The notes below the pieces were generated by a model. The model saw only the letters and a list, made by a program, of their open reading frames with translations. It ran no database searches and was not told the origin of the DNA. A DNA stretch of 64,000 bases from NCBI RefSeq assembly GCF_036321535.1, contig NC_087436.1, forward strand, positions 47,246,001-47,310,000, given 5' to 3'. The position numbers were made by a program, and so were the translations under genes. Positions 1 to 12,944 of the stretch are shown piece after piece; position 1 is the first letter of the stretch, and each line of letters opens with the position of its first letter. The stretch is from Camelus dromedarius. Lineage: Eukaryota.

Positions 1-1882
1 AGAACACACCATTCTATCACATGTCAATATTTAATAAGTGAAAATTATGTAGCATTATGGCTAAACACATCAGGTAAGCTACACAAACGTTTCTTACTGG
101 TTTACTTAATAATAAATACCAGAAAAACTTTTTGCATTTCGAAGCTTGCCCAGGATGTTTAGGATTTGCTTTCTTGTTTTAAATGTAACCAGATTAGTCT
201 TTCTTTCTGCCTTTGAATTCAACCTTTAGTGTTTCTTTTTCACATGGAGAAAGAACCATACTGAAAACGTATACAGAATTTTAGCACCAAAGGACAATGA
301 CCCTTCTGAATAGATCTGTATTGTGCTTCTCTTAAACGATTTAAGGTCAGCTCTGTGCACCAGATCTGGGCTCACTCATTTACAAGGACAAATCGAGGGA
401 TGTTTTCATTCTAAGTGGAGGGAGTTTTCACCTTTAATATAAATGTAACTGCCTCCCTTCCACCCCTGTTGGCCTCTCCACCCTCTGACTAGTGTTAATT
501 ATTTTGTAACCTTGAATCTTTTTCTAAGGTTACTAGAAGTCTAAAGAAATTAAGCCAAGAATTATCAAAAAGATTCAACAGCATTAATCAATGTACTAAA
601 TCTGGTCAGATTTTTTTTTTAATCCTTTTTTTTTTTTTGCATCACCTGAAAGAACTTTAGAAACAGTTATTCCCCTTTACTGAGTAGCTGTAACTGTCTA
701 ATACATGGGTTCCAGCCGTAGATTATAGTGCAGCACCGTGGTATCATTTCAGGGTCAAAGTAAAATTACTCAATTGTGGTATGTGTCCTTAGGACCAGTA
801 TATAAGAAGCTAAGTCTCTTACCAAAAGGCAAGGATGCATTAAACTTTTGGACTCTATCTTGGTTCTTCCACAAAGCTCAATGTAACTAGGAAGAAATGG
901 TTTTCAGTGAAATGTGACCAATTGTATTTGTGAGTTCCAATGAGCAGCTCTAAAACAGATCTCACATAGGGCATGACCTGGGAGAAAAACACGGGCTTGT
1001 TCCCCAAAGGGCATGAGCATCAGTTCACACACATACGTGTCTTCAGCCTGAGCTACACAGTCCACTGCCCTGGGGGTACAGGTGCCAATTTACCAGGCAG
1101 ACAGCAGGTAAGCGTGTGCATGAGACCATTCCTAGCAGGAACACCCCATGTTTCCCTGTGTGTCTGTCACAGAGATCTTACAATGAAATATTTACACACA
1201 TGTGGGGTGCGCCAAATACTTTTATATTATTTTAAAGCTTTTTTTTAAATTATAAAATTATCAGTTTAAAAAGAATAAAGTAAAAGTGATACACAGTACA
1301 TTGGGAGCAGCAGCAGTGCATATTCCCAGACCTGACCCTGACCTTCCCCTCGACGGGGAGGAAACAACGTTCACCCGAAGTCCACTCACGGCCCAGTGAG
1401 TGGATCGCCCCCTCGCCGGTAGGGCTAATGCTAAAAACCACTCTCAACATCAGGTGATTCTATTTACACAGTAGCTGTATATATCCAGATATTTTTATTT
1501 AAAACATTAACAAATTCTTTTGACCTTGGAGGGGGAAAAAAAATCCTGAAAAAAGTCTAAAGTGGAGCGCTTTAGTGGAGAAAGAATGAGGAAAGGAGTA
1601 GTATGTTCTTTGGCACCTCTTTAACAAGCTCATTAGTAAAGTCCCAGACTGAGGGCTTGTCACCAATGAATGAAGAGCCACGGGAGAATGTAACTTTCTC
1701 AGGACGAATAGAAAACCAGTCAAAAGGTAATACTTCATTCATCTTTCTAAGCATTTGCACAAAATTTGGTCCACTTCTTCATTTACCAGTCAGTTCTCCT
1801 AAAATAAAAAACAAAAAAAACTATACCTTTGGTTACAGCAATGACTCTTTTGGTGTAAGAGCTGATGCCTTTGCTTTGCTCC
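1..1882 (-). other. SGMS2: SGMS2 3'UTR (probably continues past the window edge)
   Basis: Directly follows the stop codon. AT-rich with no recognisable repeats. AATAAA at 1499-1494 and ATTAAA at 438-433 and 35-30. Confidence 0.7.
1494..1499 (-). terminator. Candidate proximal polyadenylation signal AATAAA
   Basis: Minus strand reads GTTTTAAATAAAAATATCTGGATATATACA|GCTACTGTGT: CA about 17 nt downstream, then a short GU-rich tract. Confidence 0.5.
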
Positions 1883-2086
1883 TCAGGTAGACTTCTCATT
1901 ATCTTCACCGATCTTCTGAACCCGCGAATACTTCTTGCAGGATGATTTAAAGCAGCCGGGAGGCCAGGAGAGTGGCCAGGAGAAGCAGCAAGGAATTGAG
2001 CCTTGTACGTTTTTCTCAAAAAAATAAAAGATGGGGAACCACCATGCTCGAGACAAGAAATTAGTCTGTGAAGACACCTTCAAGTT
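1883..2086 (-). CDS. SGMS2: SGMS2 last coding exon (204 nt including TGA)
   Basis: Acceptor CTTTTACAG|. Translates NLKVSSQTNFLSRAWWFPIFYFFEKNVQGSIPCCFSWPLSWPPGCFKSSCKKYSRVQKIGEDNEKST*. Exon total 455+118+154+167+204=1098 nt = 365 aa plus stop. Confidence 0.98.
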   Translation of the reverse strand, partial: NLKVSSQTNFLSRAWWFPIFYFFEKNVQGSIPCCFSWPLSWPPGCFKSSCKKYSRVQKIGEDNEKST

Positions 2087-3366
2087 CTGTAAAAGGTAGG
2101 AAAAAAATAAAATGAGACACGTTTTTCATAACTTGCAATATAATTTTTTTCTGAATTGTCATTCGCTGTAACTTAACAAGGGAAGCACCCGAATGGGGAC
2201 CACAAGGCAATGACTGTCTTTGCGCCTCTTCCCCTGACTCTGACAGGACCCGCCCCACATTCGTTTCCTCTCTGTGGCTCAGGTGAATCTTCTGCCTGCA
2301 ATTCCAGTAAGAATGGAGACTCAAGGATGGATGTGGGAGCTCTCCAGGGACAATCTGTAGGATGTGCGAGTGGTCAGGTCTACGTATGGGGTCAAGGAGG
2401 ATGGAAGAGTGGAAGGAGAGCCCACAAGGCTGAGCGTATGTAAGGGGAAAGGTGAAAATTTTGGTTCAGTGGCATCACTAGACATTGAGATGAAGTGTAA
2501 GGAGGAAGACGGACATAGGAGACGAAAGAATAGGAAATAGAGCCACAAAGACAACAATGTCTATAGAGAGGGCATTTCCTAGTGGACACTGCTAACTGAG
2601 AATTGGATTTAGATCCTGGGGGGAATGACATATTTCAGCTGTGCACAAAGTCTCCAAACATGATATGCCTCACACAATATGGTAAGACCATCCCAAGATA
2701 AGTCAGTCATAGCACACAGACTAACTCTGTTACAACAAGGACACACGCTAGGGCTGGATGGCACAGAGAAGGCATCATTCCCACGTGGGACTAGAGGCAG
2801 AGAGCAGGAGTTGGAAAAGGCTTCTCAGAAGAGACGGCAGCTAAGCCAGCTCTTTCGGAATGATGGTAGAAGAAAAGAAGTCGTCTGGGAACCGGAGGCA
2901 GCAGAAACAAATAAGGAAAGGACGAGAAGGGAAGGCAGAGAGCACGGTATCACCAGAAGGAGTACCGAAACCAGTTACTCGTAAGTTGTTCTGCCCAACT
3001 TTTTAAAACAGTTGCCGTCTTTTCTCAGAATGAAGTACTCTGAGGGCAGGGAGTGTCCTACCTAGCTGCACCACAAATGCTTCTACAAAGCAGCTTCCTA
3101 GATTTTCATTTAATTTTAATTCTCCTGTAAATGAGTTGAATTCGAGCTCTATAATTATACGGCATCTTTACCCTTAAACGCCACTTATATCTTTGATACT
3201 CATTAAGAGGCTGTCATTACTATAAATTTAAGCGAACTGACCCAAACCACACAGTTAGGCAGCAACAGCAGTGATTCCCATTAAGCTATCAGAAACCCCC
3301 GTGTGAAAAAGGGTCCACAGCATTGAAAGAAAAGAAATTATCCAAGGATAATGTCACTGCTCTCAC

Positions 3367-3533
3367 CTTTTCATTGGCCATAGAATGATACCACCAAAAG
3401 AGCCGTGTTGTGATGTAATAAGCCACAATCACGTCGACAGTGTAGTGCTCGTGTGCTACGAGGATGCAGATGATCCCGGCAGCGCTCAGCAGCCAGCAGA
3501 TCAAATGATACCACCAGAAGTGACGAGGCGAGT
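3367..3533 (-). CDS. SGMS2: SGMS2 coding exon 4 (167 nt), contains HYTVD motif (His272/Asp276)
   Basis: Translates (Y)SPRHFWWYHLICWLLSAAGIICILVAHEHYTVDVIVAYYITTRLFWWYHSMANEK. Acceptor TGTCCAG|, donor AAG|GTGAGA. Confidence 0.98.
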
Positions 3534-6057
3534 CTGGACAGCAGAAAAATCACAGGGTTAATACACGACTCCCAGAGAGGAGATGAATGATGACAGTCTA
3601 ACCTAAAGGCCTTAGGAAAGTCTAAGGCCAGGAAGTCACTGAAGGAGAAAATGGATAACCCAAAATGAGTCACTGAGAACTGCCCGGGATTTGCTCAGGG
3701 AGGGAGGGAGGGAGGAGGGCGCACCGCTGAGGGCAGGTGGAACAGTCACGGCTGGGGAGGCTGGTAACACGAGATACACACACAGTCTAAGAAGGAAGAG
3801 AAACGTTTCACGTTGGGTTGGCTGGAAGGGGCTCACACTGGCTCACGTACGGACCCCACCAGAAAGAAAAACAGTAGGGGTCAAAAGAAAAGGTAGCTGT
3901 CTATGAAAATATGGGGGCACAACGGAGTGGAGTGAGAAAGTCAGAGTGATTTCGGGTCTTACATAAACTTACTTTGATTTCTCCACAGGGAGAAAAATGG
4001 CATTGTGGCTGGCAATATTTTGATTCTCAGCAATTTTATACTGTTATGGCCAATAGCAACAGTAAGACCCTTCCTATGCAAAGCTTAGGATTCTCGCCCA
4101 CTCACGTAGGGATCTGAGCCTTACCCAGCAAGGTCACTAAGAAGTTCACGGCACTGATTGGTCATACGAGAGAACCAAAGCGCTCATCAGGTTAAAGATG
4201 ATCACAAGCCCCACCGCCTTCCCACACACATGGTAATGACACAGGTGTGAACGGAACCAGAGCTCGCCTCTGACAACTGCTCTTTTTCTTTAACAACTTT
4301 CTTTTTAAAGCTTTATTCGCTCACAAAGTTAATAACATAATAAACTGAAATTTCACATTTAACTGTTTTTATAGTGATATTTACTTTCAAGTGTGGGAGC
4401 ATGGTTGAACAACAGAAAGATTCATTTCCAGAACTTTAGATGAAATATCAAACCGGGTGTCATTTAAATGAAACATTTTTTGGTAAAACAGCGGTTGCTC
4501 TTTTGGTCCCAAGTGGAACAGTAAGATGAGAAACCCACATTTGCACTTGAAAGTCTGATTTTCTACTTTTGAATATGCAACTTGTTTCTCCTTTGGCTCA
4601 TCCTGCCACTAGGTTCTGGCAGAGGATAACTCACAGAAGCAGAGAATTTCATAGCTGGGGGAGGCCTTACTCCTGTAGCCTGAGGGGCCAGATCCAGTCC
4701 CCATAACTGTTCTGTTAGGCTCTGAAGTTTAAAAATGGAAGTAACATTTAGAAATCTGGAGATTTTGCTCAATAGGCATTCTCCAGCACCACAGCCCTCA
4801 CCCAGCCCCGAAATCTCACATCAGCCCTGCTTCCCTTCCTTACAGGTCATCTGGTATTGACCTTAAAAGTTCAAAATGTTTGAGCGAACCAGAGCTATTT
4901 TGTATTTGTTTATCCGCAAGAAGCAAAGCTGGAGTATGTAGGGAGTGAGGAGGTGGCCTGAATGGTCATTTTTCTACTCGTGGAGTTGAACATGAGGTTT
5001 TAGGAGGGGCCAGAAGCCCCTGCACTGCTTTCCCATAAAAAATGTATCTATCCTCTGTTACGCTACCACATTGGACCACTGGCTCATTGATTGAGAACAC
5101 CAGATGGCCCAAAGAACAGATTTAATATAAACTATTTTGACATAGAAATGGCGAAACGGTAATCCTCTCTGCTCTCTCCTTCTACTCACAGGGATAACCT
5201 CGAGCTGAGACATGATGACACAATTATTAATGAACTCCACTGTCTGTGTGGGATCCTAGCCCAAACGTCAGTGAATAATAGAGACAATGGACTTGGTGTA
5301 GCAGTAAGGTAGAAAAAAAAAAGTTTTCTCGACTAGCAAGACATTTAGTGCCAAGAACTAGATTGATTTCTCCAGGCTAATTTTATAAGGAACCTAGGTC
5401 CCAGTGATAATATTTGCACAACTGTGTAAAACCCTCTCTTGTTAACCCACAAAATGACCCCAGTCCCATGTTTTCATCTACTCTTAAGATTAAATTCGAA
5501 TCCCCTCATGACGACAGAGTAAACAAGGAGAGTCTAAATGATCAAAAGGCAGGAAAGCAAAAAATATATAAATGATGCATCTAATTCTAGAAGCTGACTG
5601 TTCAAAGGAACCACGGGAACCACGGCAACCACGGCTTACTCAGAACAACACATGGTATAATTTAGAAGGTGACTGTTTTTCCTAATTGCATAGGAAACGG
5701 GCATAAATATGGACTGCTCTGTTTACATACAGAACTGATTCTAAAGTTGGGTTTGTATCAAGCATTACAGATCTGCCGTTTTGTTTCTCACCAAAACTTG
5801 GGAAAAGTAGAATGTAATTCTTTCCTTGCCTTATGTAAATGTACACAATTTAAAAAGCCTCCAGCCCAAATCGTACCTTGGGAAGAAAATGTTTCTACAT
5901 CCTGCTTAGCCTTTATTAAGTATAAAAATAATCACGAGGTGGCCCTGCTATTGCTGTGAGGTAAAAGAACAGTAATGAGCAATATACTCAGACTATTCCT
6001 TAGCAATTCTGTAAGATCAGACAAGTTGGGTTTCCAAAAATTCTAAACAGAGCCAAG

Positions 6058-6298
6058 ACAGTGATAGCAAAACCTCTGAAGTCAGCCTGCTTGAGTTTGC
6101 ATGCCCCAGGCTCCCACTACTAACTGTGGGCTGGGGCTCATTCACTCACCTTCTCTAGGCTTAAGTTTCCTCTCCGAAAAATGGAGAAAAACAGTGCTTC
6201 CCCTATGGGGTGGCTGCAAGGATTAAATGAGTTAATTTGCATCTAGGGCTTAGAATAGGGACCTGGCAGAGTAAATACAACGTCTGTGTGCTGTTATT
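6058..6298 (+). mobile_element. MIR SINE
   Basis: Core AGTTTCCTCTCCGAAAAATGGAGA…GGATTAAATGAGTTAAT…GCTTAGAATAG…CCTGGCA. Confidence 0.75.
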
Positions 6299-6627
6299 GG
6301 TAATATCACCTGGTCTTCGGTTATTTTATAAAACTCACTGTTTCCTGGAGTGTTTTCTCTTCATTAGTCTGGTTTTCACCCACAGGAGCTTCATTCTAAC
6401 AGGCAGCTCCTCCCTACCATCATCCTCATCTTCTATAAGCTTTCCATGATCCACAGATTAGAGAAAAGATTCTACAACCTAAATGGACCTCTGGACTGAA
6501 AGTGATGGATCTTACACACAGGTGGAACTCTCAGCAGCGAAAGTTAGAGTCAGAATCACAAACCACATAAATCACTCCACCCACCACCCAGAGCCAATAA
6601 CTAGGTATCAGAAATTAGAAATTTCAG

Positions 6628-6807
6628 TGTATAAAATAGATGAATAACAAAGACCTACTGTATAGCACAGGGAACTGTATTCACCATCTTGTCATAAGCT
6701 ATAATGGAAAAGAATCTGTAACTGAATCACTTTGCTGTACACCTGGACTACACAACACTGCCAATCAACCTGACTTCAATATATATATAAATAAGGGGGG
6801 AAAAAAA
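6628..6807 (+). mobile_element. LINE-1 3' end (artiodactyl type)
   Basis: AACAAAGACCTACTGTATAGCACAGGGAAC…GAATCACTTTGCTGTACACCTG and an A tail. TSD AGAAATTTCAG at 6617-6627 / 6808-6818. Confidence 0.85.
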
Positions 6808-8047
6808 AGAAATTTCAGAAGACTGAAATTTAAGGACGGCATACTGGTGCACAGACAGACCTGGGTTCCTCCCCTCCACAACCTCCCCAGTCATGTGAGA
6901 ACAGAAATGAAGTAAGGGGCAAGGTGCAGAAGACCCCTCACCTTAAAGTCAGGCAGTGTGATGCAGGGTGAACACTTCACACGTGGCTCTCCCTACTCAA
7001 AGTGTGTATGTAGCATTTAGAAAGAAGACAATTTAAGAGATACACAATTGTCATCTTCCAAATTTAAAAACAGACTCACTTCATCTACTACAGAGAATCT
7101 CAACTCTTTCTCATATTGCCCCCAAAGTAGAATTAAAACCTATCATCCTGGATAATCCATGGGGCAAGAACTCAATTCTGTACCCCTGGAAGATAAACCC
7201 TGATGGGCCTGAACCCATTTGGATGAATGACAGGCCCAGAGAAGAAGGAAGAAAGCAGGAATAACCAAGAAGGACAGAGAGGGGAGGCCTGGTCTCTGCC
7301 CAAGACCTCCCTTACAATATGCTGCAAAAGTAAAGAGAATTGAGATAAGCCTTAAAAAAACAAAAACAAAAACAAAAAACACTGGTATGGGGTATCTTGG
7401 AATTAAACATGAAGGTTGCTACTGACCAGGTTGGTAAAAATGGAGGGAGAAGCATTACTACTCCTAAAAGATTTTGACAAAATGGGCCTAAATATACAAA
7501 ACCTCAGAAATGCACAAGAACCGGACCTGCTAGGCAGCTAAAACCAAGCACAACCTCCCCCACAATGAACGTTCTTCCAGCCCCACAAAAACAGCCAGGA
7601 TACACAGCAATTTTGCGTAATGGAAATTAAGTATGTAAACATGGAAAGATACTTCACAGTCTCATCTCCATGTTGCTTTTCAAGAAGAAAACGGTCAGTA
7701 TTGGCAAAATGTTCCATGAAGATGCCTATTAAAGCATAGAAGGTACTGGAAAATGAGGAAATCACAATAAAGTGGGACAAGGAAACATTTTAAACATTTT
7801 GGGGGGGGAACATTAACTGAAGTACTTGGAATGGACGTTCCATAGAAAGGACGTTTCATTCAAAAGTCATTTCCATTTGACTCTGGAACACGCTGATTCT
7901 TTTTACAATAAACTTAACAACTGTTCTTCTCAGTTCCAACATTAAAATGGCTTTTCATACCTTCAGAAGTACTAACGGAGGAGGGAGGCATTTTGGAGGC
8001 ATGCTAAATGTTAGCCAGAAGCCAGGGGAAGTCTTAAGCATGATTAA

Positions 8048-8067
8048 CACACACACACACACACACT
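8048..8067. repeat. (AC)10 microsatellite about 90 bp from a coding exon donor
   Basis: Perfect dinucleotide run. Confidence 0.9.
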
Positions 8068-8154
8068 TTCATAGCTATCAATTCCAACAGAATAAGGACC
8101 TAGGGATCCCACCCACGTCAGCCATCAATACAGCAAGAATGAGTTACTACTTAC

Positions 8155-8308
8155 ATTCCTTGATGAACAAGTAAGTAAGCGTCAGCATAACTGTGTGACC
8201 ACTGAAGAGGAAATCTCCGCACAGGATATGCGATCCAGTTATGGACAACCCACCACCAGATATCAACCGGAGAATCCGCTGTACTTTGGCCTGAGAGTCT
8301 CCATTGAG
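8155..8308 (-). CDS. SGMS2: SGMS2 coding exon 3 (154 nt), contains CGDFLFSGHT motif with catalytic His229
   Basis: Hand translation (not in the ORF track): LNGDSQAKVQRILRLISGGGLSITGSHILCGDFLFSGHTVMLTLTYLFIKE. Acceptor TCATTCAG|, donor T|GTAAGT. Confidence 0.97.
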
Positions 8309-10644
8309 CTGAATGACACAAGAAGGTCAGGAAGAAAATTTACAATCTGACAAAATCACGTTTCAGCCTACTTTGTGTGATATTTAGAAAGGTCGCCAGT
8401 TTGTGATTTTTTTTTTACTTAAAAAGTCAGAGAATGCAAGAGAGGAAGCTCCTCAAACTGAGTTTTACTCATTGTATTGGCCAGTTTTTAGTGACATGTT
8501 TTAAATTATTCAATATGCTACTAATAATACATTTTGGTGGTGGTGTGTCCTTGGGCAAAGCTTTTAAAAATATTAATAACCAATGACTTCACTACAGTTA
8601 TGCACTAAAAAATCAAAGCTCCTTTCTTTCCTCTTTGCAGAGGGAAGTCAGGGTTTTGGATAGTTATTATTTGATTCGGCTGCACTCCACATTACTAATA
8701 TTCTACCGTGGGTTCAGACCCTGTGTTAAGTGGGCAGCCTAACGTGTGCATATTGCCACATTAACATCTGATCAACACACTGACAGTTAAAAAGAGGAGT
8801 TGCAATACATTAAATAATTTAAATAGGTTTGAAAGTGATGGATTAGGGACGTACCGGCAGCTTTAAAATGAGTAGCTTTGATCAGGAGAAACATCTCCCA
8901 AAGCAATAACCTGTGTGCTGTGGGAAGGGGGTGAGGACAGAGCTCCCTTCCTTGCGCAAAGGTGGAGAAGCCCCAGGAAGCCATCAAGAGGGATGGGCAA
9001 CCAGGATGGGCTAGGGAGGGCGTGTGAGGCAACGGTCAAAAGCCTATATTCCATTAAAATGTGAGTTCACAGGAAGGAGTCGTGGACTGAGTTGCAATAC
9101 TTGGAAAACTGGAATACTGAAACATTGAGGGGCCAGATGCAGGCTTCCAGATCAGTCTGTACCAAGTGAATAGGTTTAGAAAATCAAGAGTGATACTCAG
9201 AAATAAAATGGAGTAAGAGTACACACGAGAAGAGAAATCTAGAAAGCCCATTATTTACTGTTCATTTGGGACCTGGGGGGATAGTTGCAGGATATACTGC
9301 CTTTCATACTCAACTATGACCTTCTGGGCAACTGGTGCCTGCAGCACGGCCAGGCCAGCCGCAGTGGTGGTTAAACTGTTGGTGGTGAAGACGGGCAGTG
9401 TCTTGTCCAGGGGGACGTGTAGTGGCGGAGGAGGGTAAGATGTGTACAGATGGGTGAGAAGACAGCCTAGGGGCAGACAAATGAAGTCAGCCTCCAAAGC
9501 AGATGGAAAACCATCCTATCAAGTACAACAGGAACTGGGGCAGGATTCCTTGCCTAAAATTTCCCTGATTTAAAAAAAAACAAAAAACAATAAAACCCTC
9601 ATGGATCTGGAATTTCTTTCTGGTATTCAGGTGACCCTTGTAAAAGGGCAAACACACCACGATTGGTTGCTGGTGGAGAATAAGGTGCTGCAACAGAAAA
9701 TGACGTGCAACTGAATTAGAGGGCTGAGGGAGACGCTGGAGGTTTCAAAGAAACGTAACCTCAAAAGTTGGCGGAGACCAACCCTGGTGGCAAAACCAAG
9801 AATCAGGTGAGCCGGCCTTGAAAAGCCAGGATCTAGAAGGCAGCAAAGGACTCATACCCAAGGAAGATAAGGGCTGAGGACTGAGCTGCAGGACTCACAT
9901 AAAGTGCCCCTCAGGAAAGGCAGCCTACAAACCACACAAAATGGGATGTGCACTTGATGCGGACAATAGCATGCACAGATCAGCCACAGACCTTTGGGAA
10001 TTTCTCGTCATGGGTTGGTACAAACAACTGTCAACACTGAGATCAAATAAAAAGGTACATATACTCCCTTTGACCATTGTGTTCCCAGTTTAAGAGGACA
10101 CATTATTCTTCATTTCAAAACCATAATAATGTTTTTTATCCACTCACCCATTCCCAACTCAACACTCAAATTTTCTAAGGGCAGAAACACTTAAACCCCT
10201 TTTATCTGGGGTTAGATGAATCCAAAGGCATAAACCAACCAGGAGCTAAAACGCTGCTACACATTCTCTTCTCCCCTCTTCCTCTCAGCAGTGATGGCGT
10301 ATGGAGATTTCTGATAGCATGATTCAATGTGACTTCACAGAACAGAGCGAGGTCTTCTTGCTCCTTCTCTACTTTCTCAGCCCTTCACTCCTCACTTCTG
10401 TCACTGCTATCTTACGATGTCAGATCATGCTCAGCATAAACGCTAAACAAAACTTTAAGAAAAGAAATTAAAGAAGAGGGTGGAGGGCAAACTGGGGAAG
10501 AGAGGATAACAGTGAGAGAGGTGGGATTAATGGATTTTTTTTCTAGTTCTGTTCTATTTCATCAAGCCCCCATCACACATCACTTAAGACTCGTTCCTCT
10601 TTTTTAAATGGTGCAGTAACTTTATCATTTTTTAAAACACTGAA

Positions 10645-10741
10645 TTTTTTTTTTCAGTTGAGGAACGAGAGATTGAACCCAGGACCCTGTGCATGCTAAT
10701 AAGCATGTGCTATTACCCTCCCGCCCCTAGCTATGCCCTCC
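10645..10741 (-). mobile_element. tRNA-Ala-derived SINE (Vic-1-like)
   Basis: Reverse complement contains GCACATGCTTATTAGCATGCACAGGGTCCTGGGTTCAATC and an A tail. Confidence 0.8.
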
Positions 10742-12289
10742 TTTTTCAGACCCATTCCATGCTATGCCTGGATGTAGAATTGAAGATGTAGAAAACTAAG
10801 AGAAGCAGCATAAGTCAGAACAGCCAAAGCAGACAGGGTTCAGTGTTCAAGGGTTCTTCAAACTGTGACCTCTACACACCACTTCCCACAAAAATAAATC
10901 AGGTACAAGAGAGCCCAACTTGGCTGCTGCCAAACCAGAAACCTTACCCTCCACACCACCCCTTCAATTTAGAAGAGAAGACCTTTGGACACCTATGGCT
11001 AGGATGAGAGGGGCACTTTCTCCGGGAAAGGAATGTAGCTATGCTGGCCCAACGTTCCTGTGGCAAAATGGATTTGAAAAGCTAAATCACTTCATGTGAG
11101 TCCTAATAACTAGGTCAACATTTATCTAAACACAATTTTTAGAACACAAATTTTGTGACTACAAACCGAAGCTTGGGTTGGTAGGTTGAAGCCAATTGTA
11201 AGCAAAGGACTTAAAGTAAACCAGAGGCTAGAGGAGGGGGAAACTGACAGCAGAGGATTTCACCCAGAGCCTATCACTGCGGGGGCTTTTATGATCACAT
11301 CCAGCGAGTGACAAGCGGTATCAGGCATCAATGACTAGGTCAGACACCTTCCGACAGCAAGAGGTTCCAGCATACACGGGTCTGCCATTGCTCTTGGTCA
11401 CTGAGGACATTCTACAGTGTCAGCAGCAAAGGAGACAGGTAGATGATCTAATGGCTTTGTAACCACAAAAAAATCTAAAGAGCACTCAAAGCCCCTGGCA
11501 GAACCACACTGAAAATGCAGCTCAGACTCCTGTTCTAGCGCACCACGTCATCTAAGCCAAGCAAAGTGATTTGTGTTTGTTTTACTGAACCGCAGTCCAG
11601 GCACTGATAGCTGGAGGATGCTTCGGGGAGAGGTCTTAGGTCTCGACAACTGAACACGGGTGCTGATTAGCGAGGATGGTCCCAGAGCGCCCGTGGTGAG
11701 TATCTGTAGCCTGGTTATCATGTGGCCTCTGAAAATTGCAACTTTTCTACAGAAGATAATCTTTAATTTTCTTTCTTTCTGTAATCATAGCAATTCATCC
11801 CTGCAAACGTCACCCATTACTAGGGTGGGTTTGCCTTCTTTTCTGTGGCCATTTCTTCAAAGCCCATTGTAATAACCACTTAAGAGTTGTCTATTATGCT
11901 TCTGAACTTCTCTCGTGCCTTAAATTAGTTTCACTAAAAACCAGCCAGTGTTTAAATTCAATATGTACACTGTTTTAATTACAGACACTCTCTGCTTTGA
12001 TGGCTTTGGAAAAACACAGCTTCTCCAAACCACACCTAAATTTGGTGAAGGAGACTGTTGGCTTCAGAACAACTCTGTTTTTCCTTCCACCTTGGACGTC
12101 TGCTTTGTGTTCAGTAAAATATGTTGGACTTCATTCCCTTGTCCAGAAAGCACATGATTTGCAAGTTTCCTTTTTTACAAACCAGGGCACACTGGGGTCG
12201 AGATGATTCACAGCTCTCTCGACAAATGACTCTACCTGGAGAAACTACAAATCCTGCTGAAGACAGTTTCAGTATCCATTCTCACGCTC

Positions 12290-12925
12290 CACCTCAGCAA
12301 AAGGCCACACTATCGCTCCAGTTACTAAAAACTTTGAGGTCATCCTTGACTTCTTTCTCTTAAACCCACATCCAACTTATGAGCACATCCTGTTGGCTCT
12401 ACCTTCAAGACGTATCCCGAAATCGAACGACTCCTCCTCACTCCCACTGCCACCACCAAGGTTCAAGTTCCTACAATGGGGCATGATGGCCCCATGGGAC
12501 CTGTGGCTCCATCACCTCAATGCTCTGCAGCTCTGCGCAGCCACACTGGTCCCCCTGCTCTTCCCTGAACACACTGTGACTAAGCTATTATTTCCTTGTC
12601 CTGGAGCTCTCACCCTATCCACGTGGCTCACTCCTTCATCTTGGTTGCCCCAAAGCTTTCTTACTGAAGAAGCTTCTCTGGATGACTCTACAGAATAGCT
12701 CCTACTCTCACAGTCCCTCTCACCCTTACTCAGCTTTACTGTTCTTCATCTGACAGCCACCTGACTTATCACCATGTGACAAACTATGATTTACCAGTTG
12801 TCATCCTTCAGTAAGAATATCAGCCCTTGGAGGAGGAGAACTTTGTTTTGGTCATTGGTGTTACACAGCGCCTGGTATATAACAGCAGCTTAAAACTTTA
12901 GAAATGAGCATGAATGAATGAGTAA
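12290..12925 (+). mobile_element. LINE-2 3' part
   Basis: GTCATCCTTGACTTCTTTCTCT…CACATCCAA…TCCTGTTGGCTCTACCTTCAA and a TGAATGAATG end. Confidence 0.75.
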
Positions 12926-12944
12926 GTGAGAAGGCAAAAAGTAA

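Noticed and set aside
1388..1404. CAGTGA loop resembling an iron-responsive element
   Set aside because: On the antisense strand, and the required 5-bp upper stem does not pair.
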